Below, piece by piece: positions 20,724 through 30,576 of a DNA stretch of 64,000 nt (position 1 is its first letter; every line of letters starts with the position of its first letter). The position numbers were made by a program, and so were the translations under genes. The stretch spans positions 2,811 to 66,810 of the forward strand of contig CAIZQQ010000167.1 of assembly GCA_903935175.1 (NCBI GenBank), written 5' to 3'. The DNA is from an uncultured Micrococcales bacterium (lineage in GTDB: Bacteria; Actinomycetota; Actinomycetes; Actinomycetales; Microbacteriaceae). The notes below the pieces were generated by a model that did not search any database, was not told where the DNA came from, and saw only the letters and a list, made by a program, of their open reading frames with translations.

Positions 20724-22967
20724 TTAGAAGGTTTTCCAGATCTTGGTCTGGCCCAGACCCAGTTGCTGCAAGCCTTCAAGTGCTTCCGCTGACTCCGCAA
20801 GAAGAGTGGGGGTGAGCTCAAAGTAAGTTTCGGCCAGGGTCAGAGCGCTTGCGAGTTCGTGTTCGGCGAGCTGATCACCAAGAATCACCACTACGCTCTT
20901 GGCACGAAGCTCAGGAATCAACTCGTTCTTAGCCTGTAGTGCCCCGCTGTGAACATGCAATGCCGCGGCTACGGCGGCGTGTTCACGATCGAGGCGCGTG
21001 ACCACCCCTTTTGAAAGAAGTGCTTCGAACTCTGTGCACGGATGAGCGTTCGGCTTGAGTATCGAAGGCACATGCACCAAGGCAATCGCCTTGCCTTGCC
21101 TTGCCTGAGCCTTGATCTTCTTGAAAGCGGCCTCAAGCCAGGGTGTGAATATCGCGAGGTTCGCCACCACCACGAAATCGAAACTTAGCTGTGCATCTGA
21201 ACCTGAAGATGCGGAAGGAATCGCAAAGGGGCGCTTCTTCGATGCTCGCTCAAGATAAAGCCCGCCCTCAACTGCCTTCATTTGCTCGTGCCAGTCGCTG
21301 AACTTGCGAACGTAATCGCGACGCGCACCGATGATTCCTCGAACCGTCGAATTCTTGCCACCGCCGGTGAGCGACTCAGCGTGGAATCTTGTAAAACTCA
21401 GAAGCCCAGCATTGATTGTTGGTGCAGAGCCTAGGCCAAATCTCGAGTTGATTCGGTGGTGGTATTCGGTGTCTGCGCCGAACTTGACCTCGTCCCAGAA
21501 ACCCAGCTCGGTGAAAACAGGATTACGCCTAAACATCAGTGACGATGAATTTTGACGCAAAATCTCTCGACCGTATTGGGCAAACAGGTGCATCGAGTCA
21601 GGATCGATGCGCACCGATCGGCTCATATTGGCAACCATCTTGGGCTGGGCATCGAAAGCAAGCATTTGGCGCTCAATTTTTCGTGGGTGCGACCAGTCAT
21701 CGGCATCGTGCACGGTGATGAGGTGACCGCGAGCAAATTGCAAACCATAGTTTCGAGATGCGTAGGCACCCTGGTTCACCTTGTTGGCAAGAACTCTGAT
21801 TCGAGCATCCGTGGCTGCCAGCGCGTTGGCAACTGCGAGCGTGTCATCGGTAGAACAGTCGTCGATGATGATGATTTCGATGTTTCTCCAAGTTTGGTTT
21901 AGTAGACCGCGCACTGCGGTAGCGAGCCAAGGGCCGCTGTTGAAGGCCGGCACCAGAACCGACACCTTCTCTGGAGAATCAATTTCACAATCGGGTGGCA
22001 AGTCACAATCAAGCTGGTCGAATGGTGTCGAGCCGAGTTCGCTGTTGAATCTCACTGGCTCTAGCCCGCGCAAATCTAGGGCCGCGTTGATCCACTCAAG
22101 CTGTAGCTGGGTGCCGAGATCAGGCACCGCTGGCAGAGTAAAGCTCGACACCAAGTTTGCCCCTGCGAGCAGAGCGTCTTCGGTTCGCCTTCGACTAGCG
22201 TCAAGGAGCGCAACGAAGATGCCGCTGGCAGCTGGTTCATCGATCTGACGTATGCCTTCGAGCCGCAGCACAAGTTCTCTATCGCTTCCCGAGTAACGAT
22301 CTGGTGAAACCCAGTAAGCCTTCATATGTTCCGAGGTCAGGTTCAGCAGTTCAGTGTCGTTTGAAGTGTGCGCCCATGACAGCAACTCTGAGAGTGCTCG
22401 TCTGCGGTGGTCGGGAGGTGTAGCCGGGCCATAAACTAACCCAAGCAAATCGCGCAGACCTAGGTCATCAAACCCGGTTCTGAGCCGGTCAATAGCTAGG
22501 TAGACGCGGTAGCTCCAGTTTGCTTGGATGCTGAACTTCTCTAACTCGGTGACCCAACTCTTTGACGCAATCGCAAATGGCTCGAGCATTCTCTTGATTT
22601 CATCGGCCTCGGCTCTGAGATTAGCCAGATCTTGTTGCACACGGAACGAACCCAAATGGGCACCCACGGCTCTCAAGTGCTTTAGATCGAGCTCTAGGTT
22701 TCGGGTTTTCGCGACAACTCGGTCACAGCGCAGCTTGAGGTGCTCAATTGAGAGGTTGAGTCGTTTGGTTTTCTCAAAGGTTCGGTCGACAACCCCACGA
22801 ATCTTTGATCCAGAGCTGGTTTGAAAGACTTCACGAATCTGTATCAGCGAAGAATCGATTTTTAGCGCTTTGGATTCGATTAGGGCAGCAGCGTCAGAAA
22901 CCTTGGCAAGGGTTTTTTTCGTTCTCTCGAGCGAGGATCGAATCACTGATAGCGCTGTCACGTTCAC
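20724..22967 (-). CDS. GT2 glycosyltransferase with long N-terminal coiled coil
   Basis: VSVLVPAFN, IIDDCSTD, TVHDADDWSHP, FGADTE. Confidence 0.9.
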   Translation of the reverse strand: MNVTALSVIRSSLERTKKTLAKVSDAAALIESKALKIDSSLIQIREVFQTSSGSKIRGVVDRTFEKTKRLNLSIEHLKLRCDRVVAKTRNLELDLKHLRAVGAHLGSFRVQQDLANLRAEADEIKRMLEPFAIASKSWVTELEKFSIQANWSYRVYLAIDRLRTGFDDLGLRDLLGLVYGPATPPDHRRRALSELLSWAHTSNDTELLNLTSEHMKAYWVSPDRYSGSDRELVLRLEGIRQIDEPAASGIFVALLDASRRRTEDALLAGANLVSSFTLPAVPDLGTQLQLEWINAALDLRGLEPVRFNSELGSTPFDQLDCDLPPDCEIDSPEKVSVLVPAFNSGPWLATAVRGLLNQTWRNIEIIIIDDCSTDDTLAVANALAATDARIRVLANKVNQGAYASRNYGLQFARGHLITVHDADDWSHPRKIERQMLAFDAQPKMVANMSRSVRIDPDSMHLFAQYGREILRQNSSSLMFRRNPVFTELGFWDEVKFGADTEYHHRINSRFGLGSAPTINAGLLSFTRFHAESLTGGGKNSTVRGIIGARRDYVRKFSDWHEQMKAVEGGLYLERASKKRPFAIPSASSGSDAQLSFDFVVVANLAIFTPWLEAAFKKIKAQARQGKAIALVHVPSILKPNAHPCTEFEALLSKGVVTRLDREHAAVAAALHVHSGALQAKNELIPELRAKSVVVILGDQLAEHELASALTLAETYFELTPTLLAESAEALEGLQQLGLGQTKIWKTF

Positions 22968-23025
22968 TAGCCTAGGCGACAGAACGGCGTGAAATATGTT
23001 CTTTTCGGTTCGCTACCATAGTGAA

Positions 23026-24282
23026 ATGACGACAACGGCAATTTTGGGCCAGGGATACGTTGGCCTCCCCCTCGCTGAGGCTCTGTGCGAAGTGGGAGAT
23101 ACGGTTCTTGGATTCGACGTAAACGAAGCCTTAGTGGCGAGATTGAACTCGGGATCGTCGCACGTTGATGACATCAGCGACGCCTCGCTTGCCAAAATGC
23201 TGGCCGCCGGATACCGAGCAACTTCTGTGCCAAGCGACCTGCGACTCGCCGATGTCGTTGTCATTTGCGTTCCGACACCGTTGCACCCTTCGGGCGCACC
23301 AGACCTCAGCTATGTAGAAAATGCCTCGACACTCGTAGCCGAAAACATGAAACCCGGGGCGCTCGTCATTTTGGAATCCACTACGTACCCGGGGACAACC
23401 AAGAACCTGCTTCGACCCATGCTCGAAGAAGGCGGTCGAGAACTAGACGCCGACTTTATGTTGGCATTTTCACCGGAACGCATCGACCCAGGCAACGCAA
23501 AGTTCAACATTAGAAACACCCCAAAGATTGTCGGCGGCGAGAGCGGCAAGTCGGGTGAGGCCGCAGCCGACTTCTACAGACGCTTCGTGAGTGAAATTCA
23601 CGTGACCAGGGGCACCAAAGAAGCCGAGGCGGCAAAGCTTCTCGAGAACACTTATCGGCACGTAAACATTGCCCTCGTGAACGAGCTGGCCATGTTCTGC
23701 CACGATCTTGGCATTGACATCTGGGAGGTCATCAGAGCCGCGTCTAGCAAGCCTTATGGCTTTGCGCCGTTCTACCCGGGGCCGGGAGTTGGTGGGCACT
23801 GCATCCCCGTTGACCCCGCCTATCTCAGTTACGAGGTAAAGAAGCGCTTGGGTGTCGACTTCAGGTTTATCGAAACCGCCATGGACATCAACAACGGCAT
23901 GCCGAGATACGTAGTCTCGCGCATCCAGCGAATTTTGAACCGTGACGAAAAGCCACTTCGGGGCTCAAAGGTTTTGCTGCTGGGCATGGCTTATAAACCA
24001 AACATCGCCGACCTCAGAGAATCACCAAGCTTGGAGATTTTAGAGATTTTGATGCACGAGGGTGCCGACGTTTCTTACCACGACCCGCTGATTCAGACGC
24101 TGCGCATCGGTGAGCAGGTTGTCGCTGGCGTTGCAGATGCCTCGACAGCGGCTGCCGAGAGCGACGTAGTGGTGTTGCTGCAGGCTCACGCCGCCTACGA
24201 TATTGACGCCCTGATTGGCCAATCTAAGTTTTTCTTTGACACCAGAGGCGTTACCCGGTCAGACAACGTCGAACGCCTCTAA
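23026..24282 (+). CDS. UDP-N-acetylhexosamine 6-dehydrogenase (WbpA/TviB/WecC family)
   Basis: GQGYVGLP, CVPTP, ESTTYPG, SPERIDPG, KLLENTYR, GVGGHCIPVDP, DLRESP. Confidence 0.92.
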   Translation: MTTTAILGQGYVGLPLAEALCEVGDTVLGFDVNEALVARLNSGSSHVDDISDASLAKMLAAGYRATSVPSDLRLADVVVICVPTPLHPSGAPDLSYVENASTLVAENMKPGALVILESTTYPGTTKNLLRPMLEEGGRELDADFMLAFSPERIDPGNAKFNIRNTPKIVGGESGKSGEAAADFYRRFVSEIHVTRGTKEAEAAKLLENTYRHVNIALVNELAMFCHDLGIDIWEVIRAASSKPYGFAPFYPGPGVGGHCIPVDPAYLSYEVKKRLGVDFRFIETAMDINNGMPRYVVSRIQRILNRDEKPLRGSKVLLLGMAYKPNIADLRESPSLEILEILMHEGADVSYHDPLIQTLRIGEQVVAGVADASTAAAESDVVVLLQAHAAYDIDALIGQSKFFFDTRGVTRSDNVERL

Positions 24283-24297
24283 GCGATTAGCGCCTGG

Positions 24298-25560
24298 TCA
24301 GGTTATTGGCGCTGCAGCCTTCGCAGCTAATAGGGCTCTATCTCGCCTTTGATACGGGGGCAAGGAGGCTTGATCGCTGCCCTCTAGTGCAGCAAGATAC
24401 GCTGTCTCGAAATTCACTTGCTCGGCGTCGCGAATTCCCGCCACCCGCTTGAGCAACTGATCGACGTAATCGACCTCAGAAGTTTCGGCGGCGAACACCG
24501 CCTGATTCTTGGCCTCACGTTTATGGGCAACAATCGCACCCGCATACAGCTTCAAGCGGGCTAGGTCGATTGGGGGCAGACTCAACCTCGCCGCCGCCTG
24601 CGCAAGGGCAACCGCGCTATCAATCGCAAAGTCGGCGCCGGCCCAAGGCATGCGCACAATTCGTTCGAGCAGAGATTCCCGTGTTGAACCGATTCCGGCC
24701 TCGGTCAGTGCCGCAACCTGCACGGAATCATCGAACTTTCCCTCTTGAAACAGGTTTCCCTCTTCGTCTTGCTCGAGCGGGTGCATCCAGTTTTCGGTTC
24801 TTGGAATAGACCACAAACCGAACCCGCGCTTGGCGGCGGCAACCGCAAGCCAGACATCGGCCATGCCGGGGGTTAGTATCTCTGAATAGCGCAGCCCCCA
24901 GTAACGGCGATTGAACAGCAGAGCGCCCGTGCCGAGCATGTCGACGGGCGTGAGGGCCTCTGCCGGGTGAGAGAAGTGGAATAGATAGCGGTTCGAAAGC
25001 AACTTCTTTACCGGGCGGGGATAGATCGAACCGTGAACACCGACCGCCTGGCTGCCCCCGAGTAACTTTTGGTATCTGACCAATTCGGCGATGTAGTTGT
25101 CAGGGTATGAGATGTCGTCATCGACGGTGGCATAGAAAGTTGCCTTGGTTTTTTCGACAAAAAAGAATTTTCCGTTGTCGCGCACATCACCGTGTTTTTG
25201 TGACCTGGCCACCCTAATGCGCGGATGCCTCAAGAAAGCAGGCACGTCTTCGTAGTTATTCAGATAGACGCCGATTTCATCTGCCTGACCGAGCAGTGAG
25301 TTGATTACTTTTTCGAGCGACTCCACTCGAGAAGGAATGCTGGCAAGACCGACAAACACCGTATCTTTTTGGCCTGTGCCTCGAACCAACGAGCGCAGTC
25401 GATTGGCTACCCCTGACGGCAACACCCGCGCAACACCCGCGTCTTTTCTGGTGTTCAACTCGGCCTCCAAACCAGATGGCGGTTGAACACCGCCTGCTCC
25501 CAGAATAATCGCAAACCGGTGAAGCTCAGATTGGTTAAGCCGCCATTTGCAAAACGGCAA
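24298..25560 (-). CDS. GT-A fold glycosyltransferase (start uncertain)
   Basis: LASIPSRVESL...VYLN, DNGKF, TVDDDISYP, GTG, MADVW. Confidence 0.75.
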   Translation of the reverse strand: MPFCKWRLNQSELHRFAIILGAGGVQPPSGLEAELNTRKDAGVARVLPSGVANRLRSLVRGTGQKDTVFVGLASIPSRVESLEKVINSLLGQADEIGVYLNNYEDVPAFLRHPRIRVARSQKHGDVRDNGKFFFVEKTKATFYATVDDDISYPDNYIAELVRYQKLLGGSQAVGVHGSIYPRPVKKLLSNRYLFHFSHPAEALTPVDMLGTGALLFNRRYWGLRYSEILTPGMADVWLAVAAAKRGFGLWSIPRTENWMHPLEQDEEGNLFQEGKFDDSVQVAALTEAGIGSTRESLLERIVRMPWAGADFAIDSAVALAQAAARLSLPPIDLARLKLYAGAIVAHKREAKNQAVFAAETSEVDYVDQLLKRVAGIRDAEQVNFETAYLAALEGSDQASLPPYQRRDRALLAAKAAAPIT

Positions 25561-25616
25561 TCTAAGCGCAACCTAAGCGAACAATGTTCGTACATAACTT
25601 TCACTAAACTCGGGCT

Positions 25617-26525
25617 GTGGGTAAAGTCAGTAAGCCGAAGCGAGCACTCTGGAAGTCTCTGCCTATCTGGCTCGTGACTCTGGAACTAAAAAGACGCGGT
25701 CTGGTACACAAAGCCCCCAACTACGCCCTTATCGAAGTGAGTGACGAGAGCCTTGAAGCGTTCAATCGATCAACTAAAGCTCTAGATAAAGACTTTGATG
25801 CTGTTGTTGTGCTTTGGCAAGCAGCCGTCGAACCGCCAAAACTTGTTAAAAAATTCGCTATTGTTCCGCAAACCGAAGCTATCAATTCGCGCTGGTCGCT
25901 TCTTGAACACTGTTCTGATGGCTTCGTGTTTCCTCTAGAAGCCGGCTCGAGCAAAGACAAAATGCAACAGGCGCACCTGAAATCAATGCTTTTCAAGTTT
26001 GGCGGGCACTGCATCGCCACCTTCGCTAACTTGACCTCTTACTTTGAGCCCGGCGGGCCCCTTGCCGATACCTTTGCAGGCCCTGTGTTGGTGGCGGGCG
26101 CAAATGTAAACGACATGGTTTTCGACGAACGCTTTTTGAACTTGAGGGCAAAAACCCTTGGTAGCGAGAGCGAAGTTGCCGACGTGGCCCGATTCGCTAA
26201 GTCAAGCGGCACGCCAATTTTGGCAATCACCCCTGCGAGACAAGACCACGAGGCGATGCAGGTGAAGAACTTGCCTGAAACAAAGTGCAATCGGGCCGAT
26301 CTAATCGAACTTCTTGTCAGAAATCCGAGCTTGGCGAAGATGGTTAACGTTCGAGTTGCCCGACTTTGGGCTTCGGTCTGGTCTGACCTAGGTTATTCAA
26401 GAGCCCACGAAGTACATGAAGACCAGGTTCGAGTTTTGGCCGCACATCGAGCACCTGGTCGCCCATTGCCAGGCGAACTAACACGGGTGCGAACATCGTT
26501 GAGACTTCTCGGGAGTGGACGATGA
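25617..26525 (+). CDS. Hypothetical protein in polysaccharide cluster
   Basis: 302-aa ORF coupled (ATGA) to the downstream GT2; possibly a degenerate GT-A domain; no clear motif. Confidence 0.6.
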   Translation: MGKVSKPKRALWKSLPIWLVTLELKRRGLVHKAPNYALIEVSDESLEAFNRSTKALDKDFDAVVVLWQAAVEPPKLVKKFAIVPQTEAINSRWSLLEHCSDGFVFPLEAGSSKDKMQQAHLKSMLFKFGGHCIATFANLTSYFEPGGPLADTFAGPVLVAGANVNDMVFDERFLNLRAKTLGSESEVADVARFAKSSGTPILAITPARQDHEAMQVKNLPETKCNRADLIELLVRNPSLAKMVNVRVARLWASVWSDLGYSRAHEVHEDQVRVLAAHRAPGRPLPGELTRVRTSLRLLGSGR

Positions 26526-28816
26526 AGCCTACTAAGCCGAACCGCAGGGGGTCTCTAGTGCAGAGACTGATAACTGCTGCAAAACGCGATTTCGACTACC
26601 CGAATGTAAACCTTGGGTCCCTAGAGCGTTCGTTTGAGGCCATCATCGTTGCGATAGCCAAACTGGGCGAAAAACTGCATGAGATTCGCCAACTCTCGGC
26701 TTCTGAAGAGGTCAGCCTTGCCGACCTTGAGTGGCGAATCTCGGGTGAGGGCGGCCATGTCTACCGCCATGACCTTCACGAACCTCTCGAATTGCTCACT
26801 GCTAGGGTCGCGACTCTCATAGAAATGCGAAGGCGAGCCGATAGAACCATGCACAGGCTGCACCAAATTCGAACAGAAGCATGGGCGCTCTTCGAAAAAC
26901 CAATTGCGGGGCTTAAGACTCAAGAATCAAAACTTCTAAGCACTATAAGCCGCCTCGATCAGACCCTCGACTACACGCAGCGGCAAGTCAATCGTCTAGA
27001 GGACCTAAACAAACTTGCCGACTCGATCGAGGCCCTCGCCCTTTGCCGGCAGCAGCTGAACGCGGGCTTTCAGTCGCTGGCGATGAAAGAGCTTCTGGCT
27101 GCCGCTTATGCACCGACATCCCTGCTGGCCTCTAGGCGTGTGGCTATGGCCGTGTTGGCACGGTGGGCCGCCGCGCACCAGCTTGCTCCCTGGGCCGAAA
27201 TCTTCGACATTCACTTCGCTCTCGCAAAGAACGCGTTTGCCCAAAAGCACCATCGTAAAATCCAGCCGGTTGCCAAACTGAAGCCGAATGACTACGTCGG
27301 AGCGGCGACATTCGAATCGATTCTGGAGCTAGCCAGCAGTCGAAACCCAGAACGAGAAACACTTCTAAGACACAGCAACAACATAGGGCGCATCGAACAG
27401 GTACTTCAGTTAGACAGCAGGTACAGAGGTAGCGTTCAGCTCGCCTGGCTGAACTCCGCTCTGGCTAAAGACGGCCTAGAGCCCATTTCGTTCCACAGCG
27501 GTGATAAAGACAAATTCGACCTAATCGAGTGTGATGTGGCTCTCTCTGATTACATCGAGGGTGGGCCTCTGGTATCTGTGCTGCTGCCCGCATACAACAG
27601 CGCTTCTTGGCTGCCAACCGCAATAGATGCATTGTTAAACCAAACCTGGAAAAACATAGAAATTCTTGTCGTCGACGACCAGAGCAGCGATGGGACCTAT
27701 GAAGTCGCCAAAGCCTACGCCAGCCGAGACACTCGAGTCAAAGTCTTGCAAAATAAGGTCAACTCAGGGCCCTACGTGGCTCGAAACTTGGCCCTTGAAC
27801 ATGCACGAGGGCTGTTTGTGACCGTTCACGACGCCGACGACTGGTCGCACCCAAGAAAGATTGAGCGGCAGGTGAAGAACTTGCTTGCCAACCCTGCGCT
27901 GATTGCAAACACTTCCCAAATGGTGCGATTGAACCCCACAAACATGCAGCTGCTCTCTTCTGCCAACCAGATCACAAGGCTGAATTACAGCTCGCTTATG
28001 TTCCGTCGAGCTGAAGTGTCGAAGACGATGGGCTTCTGGGACCCGGTTAGGTTCGGTGCGGACTCGGAGTTTATGGCCAGGCTTGAGATTATCTTCGGCT
28101 CTAGCGCGTTGGCCCACCTTGACTCTGGGCTGCTGAGCTTAGTTAGATCGGTCGAGACCTCACTAACCGCTGGTGGTTTGGCAGATAAGCTCAAGGGCGC
28201 TCGCAAGCTCTACAAACGCGCTTTCACCGAATGGCACAAAGAATGTGAGGCCAGCCCGGCTGAGCTTTACCTCGATTCCCACGTGCCGCGCAAATTTGTA
28301 GCTCCTCGAAAGTCGCTGGGGCTAGAACAACCCGCCGATTACTACCCGCTCGTTTTGGTTGATGACTTGAGCGATTCTTCTGACTCGCGCCTAACCAAGG
28401 TGCTTGAATCTCGCGGGTTGCTTTCTAACGGATGTGCCTACGTGCACGTGCCTAACCCGATGTCGCCTGCTGCGAATGAATCCCGCACCATCAAAGACCG
28501 TGCCATCAAGCAAGAACTGACCAACTTGAGGCTCATTTGGGATGAATACGGTGTCAAGTTGAAACTGGGGTCGAACCGAACCGTTGTGTCAGCATCCGCC
28601 CTGGTTGAAAAGTACAGCCTGATGACCCCATTCTCATCGAAAACCATCGAGGTAGTCTTTCAAACCCTCGAGCAGGTTCGTGAAGTGCGACAGGTTCTAA
28701 AGAGCTGTCTCACTATGCTGGGCGCGCAACCGACAACTTTGCTCGCCGCAGATGAGCGCATCCTCGAAGCCCTTCAGCCCGAAAAGGCTGCGGGCTGGGA
28801 TGTACGTCTGCTCTAG
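26522..28816 (+). CDS. GT2 glycosyltransferase with long N-terminal coiled coil (paralog of 20724..22967)
   Basis: VSVLLPAYN, VDDQSSD, TVHDADDWSHPRKIERQ, FGADSE. Confidence 0.9.
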   Translation: MKPTKPNRRGSLVQRLITAAKRDFDYPNVNLGSLERSFEAIIVAIAKLGEKLHEIRQLSASEEVSLADLEWRISGEGGHVYRHDLHEPLELLTARVATLIEMRRRADRTMHRLHQIRTEAWALFEKPIAGLKTQESKLLSTISRLDQTLDYTQRQVNRLEDLNKLADSIEALALCRQQLNAGFQSLAMKELLAAAYAPTSLLASRRVAMAVLARWAAAHQLAPWAEIFDIHFALAKNAFAQKHHRKIQPVAKLKPNDYVGAATFESILELASSRNPERETLLRHSNNIGRIEQVLQLDSRYRGSVQLAWLNSALAKDGLEPISFHSGDKDKFDLIECDVALSDYIEGGPLVSVLLPAYNSASWLPTAIDALLNQTWKNIEILVVDDQSSDGTYEVAKAYASRDTRVKVLQNKVNSGPYVARNLALEHARGLFVTVHDADDWSHPRKIERQVKNLLANPALIANTSQMVRLNPTNMQLLSSANQITRLNYSSLMFRRAEVSKTMGFWDPVRFGADSEFMARLEIIFGSSALAHLDSGLLSLVRSVETSLTAGGLADKLKGARKLYKRAFTEWHKECEASPAELYLDSHVPRKFVAPRKSLGLEQPADYYPLVLVDDLSDSSDSRLTKVLESRGLLSNGCAYVHVPNPMSPAANESRTIKDRAIKQELTNLRLIWDEYGVKLKLGSNRTVVSASALVEKYSLMTPFSSKTIEVVFQTLEQVREVRQVLKSCLTMLGAQPTTLLAADERILEALQPEKAAGWDVRLL

Positions 28817-30507
28817 AGGGTTTCTGGCTCGTATCCCGGCTGATACGGCATGCTCACGATGTATGGAGCCATGCCAGATCGGCGTTTGAAGTTATAGAGC
28901 CCCTCGCCACCGTTCTGAGCGCCGCCGTACATTACAAAGCGCAACCCAGATGCTCGGCCCCAAGACTCTTGGGTGGCAAGCTCAACGAACTTTTGGGCGA
29001 CAAAGTTCACCACTCCCTCGGCGAGATGGTCGGCGTGCCCCATGATTTGGGCGATGGTGGCAAATTCGCCGAAGCGAACGACCGACAAGTAAGCGAGTAG
29101 TCTTCGGCCGACCACGAGGTCGCCTTGGCGATGCTGCTCATCGGTTGCAAATACTCCAAAAACCTGCCGCCAGTGACGCTCACATTTTGGGGTCGCGGGT
29201 TCGAGCATCCGAGTTGGAAGCCCGCCAAGTTCTTCAATCGATTTGGTGAGGTTAGCGCGAATTTCACCGCCCGATCTCACGTCTTTTGAAGTGTTGATTT
29301 CATAAACGTCGGCGGTGTGGTTCTTGAGATTTACCCGATCAAAAACATAGCCGGCGCGCTCGCTCTTTTGAAATTGGTGGCGGTAGGTGGCCGGGCGCGA
29401 GTAAATCCACTCGGAGAAATCGCCCACGGTTTCGAGGTCAATCATCATCGGCGTGAAGCGCGGAGGCTCAACCTGAGTTTTGCTGCGATGTGCCTGGTAG
29501 AAGTAGTTCTCGAATGCGGCCGTGGTGCTCTGCACGATTTTGAGGCAATCGGGCGTGCATCCGCTCTCTGGGCGGTACTGCAGGTCGGGCTCGATGATCT
29601 CGGTGACAACTAGCTCGGCAAACTTGCAGGGCGCTGAGCGTAGCTCTGAACTGGGCTGGGTTGCAGTCGGCACGGCTGTGGGTGTCGAATCACTCGGATG
29701 CTGTGCGCTTGTCGATTGCGCTTGGAGTGCCGCCTTCTGCGCCGCCCGCTGAGCCACGGCTTGACCCAGACCTTGCGCCATGGCAGCCTCGATCATTGCG
29801 CGATAGGTCTCACCTTGAAAATGCAGGGTGTTGCCCGGCCCGCACGAGCCGACATCTGCCAGTGCGAGTTGCTCTTTTTCTATAGCGCCACCGTAGAAGG
29901 TGTTCGGTGCCTGCTCGGCAACCAGAGCGCCAAAACGGTAAAAGTCACTCTGGCGGTCTTCTAGCTTCGGGTAGTAGTCAACCTGCTGGTTCAGAAACAG
30001 CACAGGTAGGCCTGGTGCCAGCTCGCGCATCCGAGAAATGAACTCTGTGGCATTTCGAACGGCTTCGTCGAGGCTTGCCCGGCCCAGCTCGACGTGTTCT
30101 TCAAGGAAGGAATCTTGGTGTCTCAGGTGCTTGGGGTGAATCCAAAAACGCGGGCCGCCGGCTTTGCTCTGCCAAAGACTGAAGTTCATGTCGGCGTATG
30201 AGTCGAGCATGAGTAGGTCGGCGTCGGCGCAGGCTAGCACCTCGCGATTTGCCTGACCGATGTAGTAACTCGCCAAGGTGCGTGGCATGCTCTCGACATC
30301 TGAAATCGAGTGCAAAAACTCTTCGGTGAGACTCAAGCCATTCAAGCTGTCGAGCAGCTGTGCAAAAGTCGACTTCTGGCTCTGGCGAAGGGTTGGCGAT
30401 CGGTCGAATAGGTCTTGATTGAGCGCAATGGCTCTGCGTGAGGTGCAGTCGCCTCTAACCACAATTACAAGTGGATGATCGGCACCGGCCGTGAGCTTTT
30501 GCAGCAT
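28813..30507 (-). CDS. Two-domain protein: SGNH-like N-domain plus GNAT/FemAB-like C-domain
   Basis: N-domain VRGDCTSR...LDSYAD...LHF; Q/S/T/P linker; C-domain GH.DHL..GV...MYGG...GLYNFKRRSG. Confidence 0.6.
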   Translation of the reverse strand: MLQKLTAGADHPLVIVVRGDCTSRRAIALNQDLFDRSPTLRQSQKSTFAQLLDSLNGLSLTEEFLHSISDVESMPRTLASYYIGQANREVLACADADLLMLDSYADMNFSLWQSKAGGPRFWIHPKHLRHQDSFLEEHVELGRASLDEAVRNATEFISRMRELAPGLPVLFLNQQVDYYPKLEDRQSDFYRFGALVAEQAPNTFYGGAIEKEQLALADVGSCGPGNTLHFQGETYRAMIEAAMAQGLGQAVAQRAAQKAALQAQSTSAQHPSDSTPTAVPTATQPSSELRSAPCKFAELVVTEIIEPDLQYRPESGCTPDCLKIVQSTTAAFENYFYQAHRSKTQVEPPRFTPMMIDLETVGDFSEWIYSRPATYRHQFQKSERAGYVFDRVNLKNHTADVYEINTSKDVRSGGEIRANLTKSIEELGGLPTRMLEPATPKCERHWRQVFGVFATDEQHRQGDLVVGRRLLAYLSVVRFGEFATIAQIMGHADHLAEGVVNFVAQKFVELATQESWGRASGLRFVMYGGAQNGGEGLYNFKRRSGMAPYIVSMPYQPGYEPETL

Positions 30508-30576
30508 TCCCCAAGTCTAACTTTTTCGCCCGCGATGCCGGCTAAGCCCGGGCATCGCTGACTGTGGTTGTTTCGA

